Source: Bispira polyomma
Lineage: Eukaryota
Length of the DNA: 64,000 nt
Reading direction: 5' to 3'
Assembly: GCA_965649765.1 (NCBI GenBank)
Contig: OZ287757.1
Span: forward strand, 29,512,001-29,576,000
Under the pieces are notes generated by a model. It was given only the letters and a program-made list of their open reading frames with translations, searched no databases and was not told where the DNA came from. Positions 49,490-62,835 of this stretch are shown here, one piece after another (the first letter of the stretch is position 1; each line of letters opens with the position of its first letter). The position numbers and the translations under genes are program-made.

Positions 49490-51261
49490 AAGCAACGTAT
49501 AAACTTTACTCTAAAAGGTAAAATAGCAGTTTTGAAATCACCGATTGTTCCTCATATTTTACAATTAGCTTTTGTCCTTCCTTTGAGTCAGATTTGGATG
49601 TTATGTTTTACAATTTTGTGTGGAGTAAAAAGAATCGTCTTATTTCAAAGAATGTATATGTACAGCCATCAGAGTTAGGTGCTCTAAAATGGTACCTGTT
49701 AAATATATAGTTGAGACTGCCAAAGTTATGTGGATTAAAAGACTTTGTAACAATGTGAACGCCAAATGGAAGGTCTTGGCTGTTGATTTAATGGGTATTC
49801 ATAAGAGCAATTTATTGACTAAACGACTGTTCCAAAATATCAGCCATAATGTAAAGACTACTTTCTATTTAAGTTTACTTTCTAGCTGGTTTAGCTTTCT
49901 AAAAACTAATGTCGTAAGTGTGCATGACGTGCACAGTGAATCAGTGTTTGACAATTCATTGTTTGTCATTGATAGTAAAGTAATCAGTGACAAATATGGC
50001 AATTGGAAGGACTCTGGTATTTTACAGGTTTGTGATATATTGAAAGACAACTATGAAACTTTCATGTCTAAAATTGAACTAGAAAGAAAATATAAAACAA
50101 ACATAGATGATATGGTGTACAACCAAACTATTAGTGCACTATCTGTTTAACTAAGAAAGTTGTCAAAATATAAATCAAATAGTCTCACAACAAATTATAT
50201 AAATATACCTAATTGCTGTTTAAAGAATATTGGTTTAATTAAAAGTCCACAAGTACATACATATTTTATTGTCACTTCAAAATAGCCAAAATAAATGGGT
50301 AGAATACTATCTATTTATGGAGACTGTGGACTGGAAAAACATGTTTTACCTGTTAAAACTGTTATTGATACATACTTGATCACACTTCAGTATAAAATTT
50401 TACAGAGTGTATGCATGCAATTACCAGCTTTTTAATTGGAAAATCAAAGACTTGCCAGACTGTAGCATTTGTAGTAGGGTTGATAATTTAGAACATTATC
50501 TTTACTGTTGTCCATATACTAATAATTTTTGGAAACAGACTCAAAAATGGTGGATGAACCATACCTGTGGTAATTATGATTTAACAGTTTTGAAAGTTTT
50601 ACTGGGTGTAATTAAATTTAATCCCAAATATCACTATATTGTCAATTATGTTATCTTAGTAGGAAAATATTTCATCAGCAAATCTAAAAAACAAAGTCAA
50701 GACTTATACTTTCAAAATTTTCTGCGATCTTAAAAATAGAAACTTATGTTGGAGCAGAGCTTGTACACTAATCAAGGTAGAATAACAGTATTTGAAGAAA
50801 AACTTGGTCTATTGTTAGACTATCTTTGAAATGTGTTATGTCATTTTTACATTGAATTATATCCTTTGAATGCACAGGCTTATTTTGCGCTCAAACCTGT
50901 AATTGATAATATTTGTAGTACACAACAGTTACTGTTATATTTCATGTAGCAATTGTCCTTATAGTGTCATGATCGCTTTCGTTATTGTATGTTACTCTTG
51001 TCATGTACCTTTTTCTTATGGTTTTGTTAGTCTGCTATGTCAAAATAAATTTGTAAAGCTTTTTTGTTATGTAAAAATTAGTGAAACTTTTATTTTAATG
51101 TAATATGGTACAGACTGATAAAAAATGTCTTCTGTACAAGAACAACAAAAAAGTTTATTTTGTTTGTAATTGTATATTACTGTATTGTCTTTTTGTTTTG
51201 TGTAACTGTATTTGTATTGTTATCTGTTTCAAATGTATATAAAAAAATGAATAAAAAAAAA
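49490..51261 (+). mobile_element. Tx1/L1-clade LINE 3' part with A tail
   Basis: TLKGKIAVLKS, LGALKM, KVMWIKRL, CCHC finger CSICSRVDNLEHYLYCC, VILVGKYFI. 3' UTR and A-rich tail at 51241-51261. No TSD found. Confidence 0.9.
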
Positions 51262-52750
51262 GATGCGTACAAGAACAAAAGTCCCCTGAGATTAAGGAAG
51301 CAATGCTTGGGTATTTAGCCAACTTTATGGACGACGCCCACAACTTTTTGTGGGAAGCCGCAAAAGCTTCTCATGCTATCTTGTTGACTAATATGGAGTT
51401 GGATTGTCTTAAGTGGACCAATGTAGACAAGGTTGATCGGATTCGCCGGGCTCATGCCCAACATCACAAATCTGGTTCCAGTAGTAAGGCAAAGGTTTAG
51501 GTTAAAGCTCAAGGTGTTACATGTCAATTTTTTCAGGAGGGCACCTGCAAATGCCACCCACCGAACCTCAGGGCAACTTTTTAAACATTATTGTGAGACT
51601 TGTGTTGGCAATCATCAAACAAAATTATGTTCACAAAGGGTTAAAAAAACTTAAGGCCTACTGCAGTAATCCAGTGGGCATGTCAGTCTGTAGTAGAATT
51701 GTATACAATTTAAGGATTTTAAAGTATTGTCTAACGTGTGTTTATAAAAGTATTCTTGTTCTAACCAAATTGTACAAAGATTTTTTGTCAAAAATAGGAG
51801 TTGTAAGTCTACCCAAATGAGTGTTGTTTTTGACAAAAGACCACTTAAAAGTAAAATTGATCCTATGCATTGTTCCAGTAAGGCTAACCGGTTGAATAAC
51901 CACAGCCATACTCCTGTAAACAGGTGTGAACGGGGTGTCACAGTAAGGTCAATAAAGATGTCCAAGGGGCTTGACCCCGCCACAAAAGACCTTAGTGTTA
52001 ACAAACCATTGTTCAAAAAGAAAGAGGTTGACACGGGGGGGGTGCCAACAATGACTTCCAATTAACACTCTTGAATAGGTTTGGTGTATTAGACACACAT
52101 TGTGGGGAGAGAGAGAACAGTCCTAACTTAATTGATTGTATGAAGGCCCCTCCTGTGTGGTTGTGTAAAGTGAAAAGAAAACAAATGAAAATGTCAAAAA
52201 CAAAATGTCAATTCCTAGAAACGACTTGAGAAATAACACTACTGACTTGTCGGATGATAAATATGCTCTGGATATGTGCAGGTCACTTGACAAGCATAAA
52301 AGACTAAATGATGCAAAGGGGTGTGATACTTTTAGATTATGGGACATCCAAAATAGTGTGAAATTTGGGTTTATTCCACTCTCGTCGTGGGGGCAAAAAA
52401 TCTCAGACAATTCCTAGGAACAAAATTCTATGAATGTGTTTGTACTCCATAAGCATAGAGAGAGGATGGTCATCGAAACTACAGGGGTCTGCAGGTCCCT
52501 GTCGTTTCTCAGCTGAAAGCTTCAGTATGGGCCAATTACTTGAGAAACTACTGAGACTAGGAACTCTCTTTGCTTATAAAATTTGAGTTTCCCCTTGATT
52601 TTACTGAACAACACAAATTCAAGTCGGAACTAGAAAATCACACTTCTGCCAATCAGTACCCAGAACATGTTACTCACTACTTAAAAAAATAGTGTGAATT
52701 TAGGGCCATGTATGGTTCCTTTGATGTGCCACCAATTTTAAATTCACACT
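51262..52750 (+). mobile_element. Ngaro-like retrotransposon copy 3 (gag C-half to RT start), decayed
   Basis: MLGYLANFMDDAHNFLWEAAKASHA...DRIRRAHAQ, finger CQFFQEGTC...HYCETC, KFGFIPLS, and RT start SQLKASVWANYL...FPLDF...NHTSA...AMYGSF. Confidence 0.85.
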
Positions 52751-53332
52751 GAAACAAACAGGAGAAGCCATTTGTAAAGCATTTTACAAAGTCGGATTGG
52801 TTTATTTGAAAAACCATAGGATTTAGCAGAAACAGGTACACTAGCCAATGATATCTATTGTAAATGATATACTGTATATTATATCTGATACTAATGTGTA
52901 TTTGTACTAAAATTAGCCCCTAGAGACAGTTATAAAACTAAAACAAATCATAAGTACTCAAAATACCATGACCTACTCTAGTAATGTATATTCCCTGTTG
53001 TAAATTTTAATAAAAACAAGGTGAAAACTGTTAATTAGCAATTTAATAAATTAAGTTATATACTATTTTGTTTTTTCTAACATCTGTTTTTTTGTTAACC
53101 AAAAGGTACACTGCACTATGCTGAACAAGATAAATAAATAAAAATAAATTTAAAAAGCCATTGTGGGTTATCTGTGTGTGTGTTTAAAAGTTAGCAGCAG
53201 CCTTGCTGAAGGTATGTGGTTTACAGAATACCTTCACCAACTGCATACTATGTTATGATGCCATCCACCAGTAAACTGCACATTGTGATATGATACAATG
53301 TTAATGTCTCAAAGTAAATGTAAGGAAGCAGA

Positions 53333-53619
53333 GAGTCCGAACTTGTGTATGACCAAAGAAACAAATGAAAAGCTTTACCTCTGCTTCTGATGGTTACTAG
53401 TCCACCTATACAAAGTCTCTGCCAGCACATATCACTATCATAACGCTAGGACATATCACTATCACGTTTCTTTGATATTGAATAGGAGTCTGAACTTGTA
53501 TATGACCAAAGAAACAAATGAAAAGCTTTACCTCTGCTTTTGATGGTTACTAGTCCACCTGTACAAAGTCTCTGCCAGCACATATCACTATCATAACACC
53601 AGGACATATCACTATCACG
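53333..53619. repeat. Two-copy direct tandem repeat, 153-bp period
   Basis: gagtc(c/t)gaacttgt...ggacatatcactatcacg at 53333-53466 and 53486-53619. Confidence 0.95.
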
Positions 53620-55208
53620 GGCTTAATCCAAAACAAATTGCAATATAAATTATTGCTTTATATATTTCTATATGATCAACATACAAAAGTCTGGAATAAT
53701 AGAAATATGGGAAAAGCCTAAATTTTGACAAATTCAAAACAAAATTGGCAAAACCATGAAAAGTACTGCAATCATTGAATATGGTCTTGTAAGGTATTTA
53801 AATGTAAGTCACTTTAATCTGGATCATTTACTGGGAAAATGATTCAATTTTAGACAGTTTTGCAACTTCATTTAAATCAAATTGAAGTTTTTTCCTTGTA
53901 AAATTTTGAATATTGTTAAAACAATGTTACAGATGAACATGCCATTTTTTTAATAATTAAATCAAAAGACTTAATAGAAAATTTGGAGAAAGCTTCAGGT
54001 TTACCTTCATTTTTGGTCTTAAATTATTGCCTGATCTGAAAGTTTACTAAAATTGTCCTTGATGACATCAAATATTTGCTCTTCAGAGTTTTTACAAATT
54101 ACACCATTACATTCACCACAAACAGTTCCACATATGAATCCATGTTTTTGTTTTTTATAGCTGCATCTCTTAGTAGTGTCTCTGCTTCTGTCTTTACATA
54201 ATTTTTTATAAGATTTGCAGATGTCTTAATAAGTCTATTATTTTTAAATGACCTTATCACGATTCAAGAGAAAGTTTATAATGTGTTTTTTAAATTATTT
54301 TTGATGGTTGGGACAGTCTTGAGAACCTACCTATCTTTATGGTTTCAATGGGAAATCTTATTAGACATGCATGGGACAAACAATCTACAAGGTCCACTCA
54401 ACTGGAGTAATCCTTATTTAAACACTACCCAACACTTGCGATGTGATGCATGGTGAACTTAACCCACGTGTTTCTTAAACGACCACCCCTGCTTTCTACA
54501 ATAGCTTGTCTGACTTGTGCAATGCTTGATTACTGCAAACACCATTGATTCTGCCCTTCGTGATCTTGATTGCATCCTAGGTCATTTTAACTCCTTCTAG
54601 CCTCCAAATCGCAAAAGTGGGACCTGGCCATTAGCAGGCAGTTCACTGGTGATGAAAGTCAGAACAGGGTTAGTTGGTTAAGATTTAACAGTTTATTTAA
54701 TTTATTTTCTGCACTTAAAGTGGCCCAAAAACACATCACCTAGTGAACTAAAGTATTTATATAGTTTGGTTTTTATTATTGGCTTTGGTTGTTGGTATGA
54801 ATTTACTATCTACCTCATGTATAAACATTTCTCTCATTTTAAAAACTTTTTTACAAGTTTTTTAGTACTATTAGCCTATCTGATATGTCATATTATCTCT
54901 TCACAACAGATATATAATATATATGTATATGTATTTATAATGTTTCAATTGTGTGACCTCTTACACACTAACAAAAAAAAACAACACATATACACATACA
55001 CACAAATCACTTCTTTAAGTCAGATACTTTAGATGTCTTTACATATGTGTGTATTCTCTACTTGTGAAAAAGAAACAGATGTATTTAATAGGATATAAAC
55101 ATATATAAACCATCAACTGTACATATCCATGCAGATTGTATGTATAAGGAAGAGTTGGTAGTGTGTGATTCTATTCAATTTATGTCATTTTGTACACTCA
55201 CCAAGGAG

Positions 55209-55338
55209 NNNNNNNNNNNNNNNNNNNNNNNNNNNNNNNNNNNNNNNNNNNNNNNNNNNNNNNNNNNNNNNNNNNNNNNNNNNNNNNNNNNNNNNNNNNN
55301 NNNNNNNNNNNNNNNNNNNNNNNNNNNNNNNNNNNNNN
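55209..55338. other. Assembly gap (130 N)
   Basis: Run of N. Confidence 1.
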
Positions 55339-58300
55339 AATGTGGTGGGGGGAGAGACGCAGTTGAGAGAATCGAGCAGAAACAGTCAGCTTTCTTTGAT
55401 GACACAAAACCGTTTTTTTGAAAAACCGGGGGATAGGGGATGACTCAAAAATTACTAGGGGAAAGGGAGGACATGAAAACACAAGGGAAGTATTACACAA
55501 GGGAAGAAATAATCAATATACCCCACGACACAATTTTTTTAAAGGTTTCTTCAAGTGAACTTGCACTGGAGTGTATTGTTGTGCTGGAACTGGTCTGGAC
55601 TATTACTATATGTTGTGTTATTTGTATTTTTCTGTGGTGTTACGTCATGTAGTGCGTGATCTGAAAGGGGCTTTACAGACCACCCACGACACAACACTAC
55701 AGAAAAATAAAAACAAGGTATGTGTACATTAAGGGGGGAGGAGCGGGAGGATGTCAAATTAGCTACCAGCAGCTTTGCAACAGAAATTGTTGGCATCAGT
55801 TTTGTTAAAGGTGTATTTTTTTATTATTTCCAGTAATACATAATGTAATTTACAAAACGTCAAAACTAAATAAAATAATAATAATTCTACTGTTACAAAT
55901 TCACATAAATTAAGTAGTGAAAGAATAAACCAAAAAGCGCAAATAAGATGTATACAAAATCAACACACATACGTTTAAACAAAAAAGGTGGCTGGTCATA
56001 ATGATCCATGACATTTATGTAGGAATTCCCCGATCCATACAAAGATGTGAATGGTTTTGGTAACAGTATGGCAGAGATGTTTCAAATGTGTTACAAACTC
56101 TCTATAAGAATTTCTGGAAGCAATTGGAAAAGGATTAAAGCTAGAGGTAAGTCTCAGAAAACAGTTATTTTTAAATCAAAGCTTACATATTAAACAAGTG
56201 TAGTAATATTAAAGTCAAAGTATAAAATATGTGAATTAAAAGTCTCAAAAGAAATTAATCCTTTAACCACAAGAAGAAAAACACCATTAACACAAGGAAC
56301 TTTTTTTAGTAATAGGTTACAGACAGCTGTAGTCATTAAAACACCACTGACTACTTCTGGCTTTTAATAACAGCCTCATCTATATTTTGTTGTAAAAAAA
56401 TGAGTCTGATGTGCTAACAATTCCCTATTATTGCTAAAAAATAAAAAAAACTACTATTTTTGGGGTCTCGACTACTTACCGGGAGTAACAAATGCTGTCA
56501 ATGGTTGACCGATAACCTAAAAGTTAAAAGAGTTAAGCAGTCATCTCAATAAACCACTGTTTTATATGTCTTCAGTAATGTCTTTTACAGGATCTATATT
56601 ACTTTAGTAAAGCACATAACCCATATACAGAGAAGAGCTTCACCACTTAGAGGATGTTGTATTATCCACTAATTAAGGATGTTACAAGTAAGCTTATCTG
56701 CTATTTCGTATCTGATAAGCACTTTGCAGCTTACTACACATACATATAGTAATTCTGTATTCCATTCTATTTTTAATCAGGAACTGTAATTGTGCATGGA
56801 AAATATCAAGGCATATTTGAAACAACCTAATGACTCTAACTCTGTGAGAAATTACACTACTATTATTACTTTTCATAAAATATGGAAAAGAGGTTAAACA
56901 TTTCAATTTTGGATAACCCATGACAAAGCAGGTATATACAGAATTTTACCATGATTGCAGATGTAGTAATATAACGAAGAAGCTTGGGTGTTTGTAGAAT
57001 TCCAAGAGTGATGAAAATGTGTGCATATCTGGTTAACAGTGGGTTATTATGATTCTAACATGACAAATAAAAGAAATTACCCAATTCCTACTACATATAC
57101 TACAAAATTAAGTTCTTGAAGGAATTATTTCATTCAGGGTATAAACAACACTAAGGACAAAATACAGTCATAATTAGGTAAATTGACTGAAAGTGTTAGT
57201 CATAATAGCATAATAATAGGTTTCACAAGATTGACTGTAACGTATATACTAAATCAGAATTGTATACACAGCCATATCATGTTGCAATACTAAATTAGTT
57301 TTAAATACAGAACATATTTTAATTTCCCCTATTGATTGAACTGACTGTTTTACTCTTCACTAAAATAGGAGGGGCATCAGAGGTGTAGTGGTAACACAAT
57401 AAGTTGTCTTTCACTTATGCAGTAGGAAAAGGAAAGTTGGCAGTTGATTGTCTGAAGGCTGGTGGTTTGCAGAGTAGAACACCTTGACCAACTCCCCGAT
57501 TCTGATTTCTTCCACCAGTGAACTGCCGTGTCATGATGTGACACAAGACAAATTGAAAGTGACTCAAAACCCCAAAGTAACTAAACAAATGTGAAATATG
57601 ACAGTGAATGAAATATAGGACAATATGATTGTAAAAATATAAGTAAATAATAATGTAGTTTTATAGCATCCCCTCTAGTTTGTGTACGTTAGTCATAGCA
57701 ATTATGTCTCAAGTCTAAAAGTTACAAATGATTATATGTGTTTAATTGTGTCTTACAGATATCGAAGTCAATCAAATCCGATGTGGAGAACACTCAGACT
57801 GGGGTTCTGTAACATTATTGTTTAAAGATCAAGTTGGATTCTTAGAGGTAATACAGACTTATTTAATTGTTACTAATGCCAAGCATCTTAGTTGGTGCAA
57901 CATCAGAATTCATTACCCTAATACATACATACATGGAGTCCAACATGGCATAAATGAAAGTGGCCAATTTGTTGGTAGATTTTCGCCCTGCACTTTTGAA
58001 GTTGGAGTGGTTATTCGTGTGAATAAAACCCAGGTGTAAGTTTTCACATAATGCTTTGGTTTCATCTGGGATAATCTCCCACCTAGGTCACATTTACAAC
58101 AATTGTCGCTTCAAATGTGACATGAATAAATCTCTGACCAAATATATCTCTCACTATGTATCAATAAGCACATCCATGTCATTAAACGTGAGGATTAGTG
58201 GTCATAAATACCTAGCTTGTGTAGGTTTTCATTAGTATTTGTCTAAAAAGGTAAGGAGTAGTGAAAACGTGTATGTTCGTCCCTTGTCAGTGACATTTGG

Positions 58301-59459
58301 TGACCATCAGTATACAATTGTTCAATGTTAGTGACCTGTTAGTGTCAGAAGGTAACACAAATGTGACTTAAAAATTATAATATCAAAATGTGACATCAGA
58401 GGGAAATACAGACAGGTTCAGCCTTTGATTTGCGCCACGTTCATTTGTCCAACTCCTTGAATAGCCATATAGTTATGTGTGAATGGGACTGGGCCATGAC
58501 TGATGTGTAACTGTTTGAATTAATTTTTAATTTTGTTCTTTTCATTGTTAACAGCATCAAATATTATTAACATACATTCAGTTTTAGATGTGATATGGTA
58601 AAATTTGTCATTTGCCATGCCACCTTGTTTGAAACACACTAAACTAATCAAATGTAGGTGACGTTAAAAGGAAAGTTTCAGCAGGCCACTCCAATACCAG
58701 GCACAGTCCTGGTTAACATTGGGGACTTGATGCAAAGATGGAGTGGGGATTATTTTAAATCAACTGTAAGTATTAAGGCTGTATAATTGGCTGGCTTTAC
58801 CTCTGTATCCATGTATCATGGTTTTCAAGATATTAACAATTATTTTGCAAAATCTTTGTGCACAACATGGGAAATTATGTTTAGCTCAGTTATTCTGTGG
58901 CACAATAAAGAGAATCCAGGGATAAATTGACAATTCTATACTTTCAGTGCTGCAGGTTGATTTACAGTCATTTTTCATTACATATATTTAGTGTTGCCTA
59001 ATTGCATAATTTTCCATCGTTATGAAATAATTTTTTTTGTCATGGATTGAATATCTCAAGTGAATAAAAAAATTATAATTTTATTACAGCTAGCAAACCC
59101 CTAATGTTTGTAATATCTCAGCAAAAATCCAAATAAATAGGTATATCCAGAAAATAGGTGACTCGACGATAGATAATAGAATTAACTTTATTTTCTATAT
59201 GTCAGAATGTCATTGTAAGTCACACACACTAAGTCTGTAAAACTGAATTAATCTAAATTGAGTTTAATCAATTTTGTTAAGTGAGCAAATTATAGAGGAT
59301 CCACACAAGTTTGATTGTCCAGCACATTTCACTCTGAACCTTTTTGTGCCAACAATGGAAGATGGACTTAATGATTGGACTAATGATTCTGCTGTTGCGC
59401 TTTAGAAGATGTCTAGCATCAATAAAGCGTATTAACAAATTAGAATAATAATAATAAAA

Positions 59460-60907
59460 AAAAGATGAAATTGAAAGCTTGTTCTATCTTGTCGTAATGT
59501 CAGCTTGATCCAGTCCCAACAAATCTGGTACAAAAATGTATCAGGACAATTAAAACCTAGCATGCAAGGATTATCGACCAATCTTTGAAATCAGTTATAT
59601 CATGTTTTAAGCAGTCAGTTGTGACTCCCTTATTTCAAAATATAAGACTTAAATCAGAGTTGTTGAAAAATTATTGTCACATTTTGAATCTATAATTTGC
59701 ATCAAAATTACTGGAAAAGCATTTCAGTTAGATTAAAAGAATAGAAGGATTCACATGACCTTCAGAAACATCACATTCTGCCTTTTCCCAATTTCATAGC
59801 ACAGAGACAGCTACTTTGAATATCCAAAATTATCTTCTGATCGTTGCTAACAGAGGTGAATGTAGTATTCCTGTCATATTGGACCTATTGGCAGCCCTTG
59901 ATATTGTGAATCACAAGATACTTCTATGAAGGCTGCATGACCAATTTAGCATACAAGACATCACACAAAATTGAATAGAATCATATCCAGACAACAGGGT
60001 GCAGCAAGTGCTAGTGAAAAACATGCTGTCTAAAGAAGCCACCATAAAATTGAATATTGAAAAGGTATATTCTGGGAGCAGGTGATTATTCAGACTCCAG
60101 ACAGCCACTTGGCACATTCAGTTGTATCCCACTTCTATGCAGATGACTCTCAATTATATGTATGTTCACTTCAAAGCAGAAACAGCAGTAACAGACACAG
60201 TTTGAAGAATCGAGAGCTGCTGCAAAGATGTGAAAAATGGATGACATCTCACTTTCTAAAATTGAATGATGACAATGCCGGGGCTATGTAAATTGGGAAC
60301 TATAGCACAAAAAAATTAAGAATGCAGCATCACCTCAATTCAAGCAGCAAGATCTGACCAAAAGGTCATGCACAACTCCAGTCCATGTTTTTCTAATCTC
60401 TTGGAGAGATTTCTACAATTGTCTGCTCTACAAATGTCAAAAGAAGCAGCTCAACAAATTACAGTCAGCTCTGAACTGGTGGCCACAAATTTGTCTCTGT
60501 AACCCCATTATTGATTGAATTACACTGGCTTTCAAATGAAGTAAGGATTCAGTACAAACTTCTCATTATTACGAACAATGCCTAAAGGGCAGGGGATCAA
60601 AATACCTCACTGAGCTTCTTACTCTGTATATAGTCAAACAAAAACTTGGTGACAAACCCTTTAGAAAAGCTGCTCCAGAACTTTGGAATAAACTTTCTGG
60701 AGTCAAATGAAACTGTGGAATCAGTGATTTCATTCAAAAAACAATTAGTGTCCTGTCTTTTAGAAGAGCTTATAGTATGTAAATTTGTAAATTTAATTTA
60801 CAATATTGTACATGTACATATTCTTTTGTTTATTAGTCCTCGCCTAAGCGCTAGTGAAGACACATAATACTCTGATATTACTGCTATATAAATTTAGCTA
60901 TTATTAT
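59460..60907 (+). mobile_element. Decayed L2/CR1 LINE RT in intron 7 of pseudogene C
   Basis: CQLDPVPT, HSTETA, LDLLAALD, HFYADDSQLY, WMTSHFLKLN, TPLLIELHWL, APELWNKL. Absent from the homologous intron of gene B. Confidence 0.85.
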
Positions 60908-62171
60908 GTCTTCCTATAAAATATTGGCTGATTTTGTCATGGCATCCTTCATCATACTGAGTTATTTTAAAAAGTTCAATCATGTATATGACATTAATTT
61001 TGCTTTTCAATAACAGTTACTACATGCATTTATTATTAGCTCCCTTCCTACATTGGCAAATTGGCTTTTGCGTCAAGCAACAGCATGAAATTTTGTGTAA
61101 TCGCAAACGATTCTCCCCACTGTCTCCATGATGCCTCATCCATTCCATTTGGTGTCTCCCTGTTGCCTGCTTGAAAATCTTCAAATTTACTGCCAGGATA
61201 AACCTTTGGTGAGACAATTAGAAGTCAATCACCTATTGTCTTATCTTTGGCGCAGCTTTGTCTTTGAAGTTTACCAACCTGTCACCGTGCTGTTGTATTG
61301 TGAAAAGTGGTCATATTATTCCTAAATAGTATTGGTGTACTTTGTACTTGTACAAGATTGCATACTATTACTTCAAGAAATTTGTTTTTCTCTACACAGG
61401 TACATAGAGTGGTCTTACCTGAAGCTGCAGCTGAATATTCAGAAAGAAAATCTTTTTTTGCAGTACCGGACGACGACTGTGAAATTGTCAGTTTAAAGCC
61501 ACAGGATGGAAATGACCCCACTCCGCCAATCAAAACCATAGATTATTTGGATATACAGGTAAAAGCTTCGCTGCATCTCTAACTTTGTCATGAAGTTTTT
61601 ACCATATACCTCCCTATTTGACCTCAATTTGACATTGACAGGAGGTTTGTAGTGAAAGACTGAATTGGGATTCTTAATTCTGTAAAGAAATGAGTTTCGG
61701 ATGACGATGAATTATTTAAGATTAAGTGCATTCGAGCAGAGTTTGAGGTAGATTAACATTGCATTGCATTTATATTTGGCTTAAAATAAAGAAAAGCTTA
61801 AGTACATAAGTATTTTACTTAACTAATATGTAAAAAATAGTGAAGGCTAAGTAAAGTGGACCTACAACCTTTTTAGATTGGTATAACAAAGATGTAACTT
61901 GTTCATATTTTTATGAAGTTTAAGTAGATCTAACTCAAAAAGCTGTGATTACAGCAGCTATTTCTTTTACACAGGTAATATGGCAAACTGATAATAATTT
62001 AAAACTAAATGTCACATGATTGTATATCTACATTACTCAATGCAATTTCATGATATAAATTACTCTACCAATATACAGTAGAAATGTATGAAATATCCAA
62101 AGTCAAATATGCTCCACCTGTGGGGAATGTATGAGACAGGTAAATTGAATGACCCATTGGCTGTGTTATGT

Positions 62172-62835
62172 CCTGGTCCCATTGGCCGTCACGTTTGCTG
62201 TCGTTAAAAATTTAATTTGCGTAGTTTTTGTGTGGTATTTACGGGAGCTGACGTGATATACATAAGCATACATAACCTGGCGTGAGAGATGAGATGCAAG
62301 AAATTTATAATTTCAAACCGTTTGAAATTTGGACACGCAAAAGCTGGCAAAAGGTAACGTACCTAAACTTGTGTTTTTGCATGAGCATTGCGACAGTTCG
62401 CGTAGTGTAACGGCTATATACGTCACAATGGGTGAATGTGCGTCACTATGATGCAAAACTTGCAAGTTGACAGAAGAACATGTACATAAACGTGTATTGA
62501 CGTACTTCTGTGACAGATTAAGTAGAATTACTTAGATATAATGTAGTAAATGACAAGGTTTAACCTAAATTAACGTCCTTCAACGTAAAAAATTACGTCC
62601 TCTTACGTGTTTTGGCGTACATATACGTGCTATACGAGGGATAAAATACGTACTTTGACGTGCACTTAAGCATCCCCTGCAAGACCTAGCAGGTTTTGAC
62701 GTACAAATACGTAAATTACTGACTCCTTTTATGTGAAAAAATGGAATATTTGGGTTTTGCATCAACTTTTGCAGCAACTATTTACACGGCCCTTGCGTGA
62801 AATACATAAACTAACGTACATCCGGTGGGACCAGG
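62172..62835. mobile_element. Non-autonomous DNA transposon with short TIRs
   Basis: cctggtcccattgg ... ccggtgggaccagg inverted ends; interior unusually rich in acgt/tacgt motifs. Confidence 0.6.

Larger units (their letters stand above)
52749..61582 (+). pseudogene. 2OG-Fe(II) dioxygenase C, B-like pseudogene
   Basis: 3' half of exon 1 at 52749-52835 has an in-frame TAG. Exons 2-3 not seen (gap nearby). Exon 4 56023-56146 has a +1 frameshift; exon 5 56591-56687 has TAG at 56648. Exons 57759-57847, 58658-58765 and 61400-61582 (2-codon deletion after RKS) are open. Confidence 0.9.

Noticed and set aside
55140-55500. ORFs spanning the N run
   Set aside because: Artefacts of translating the gap.
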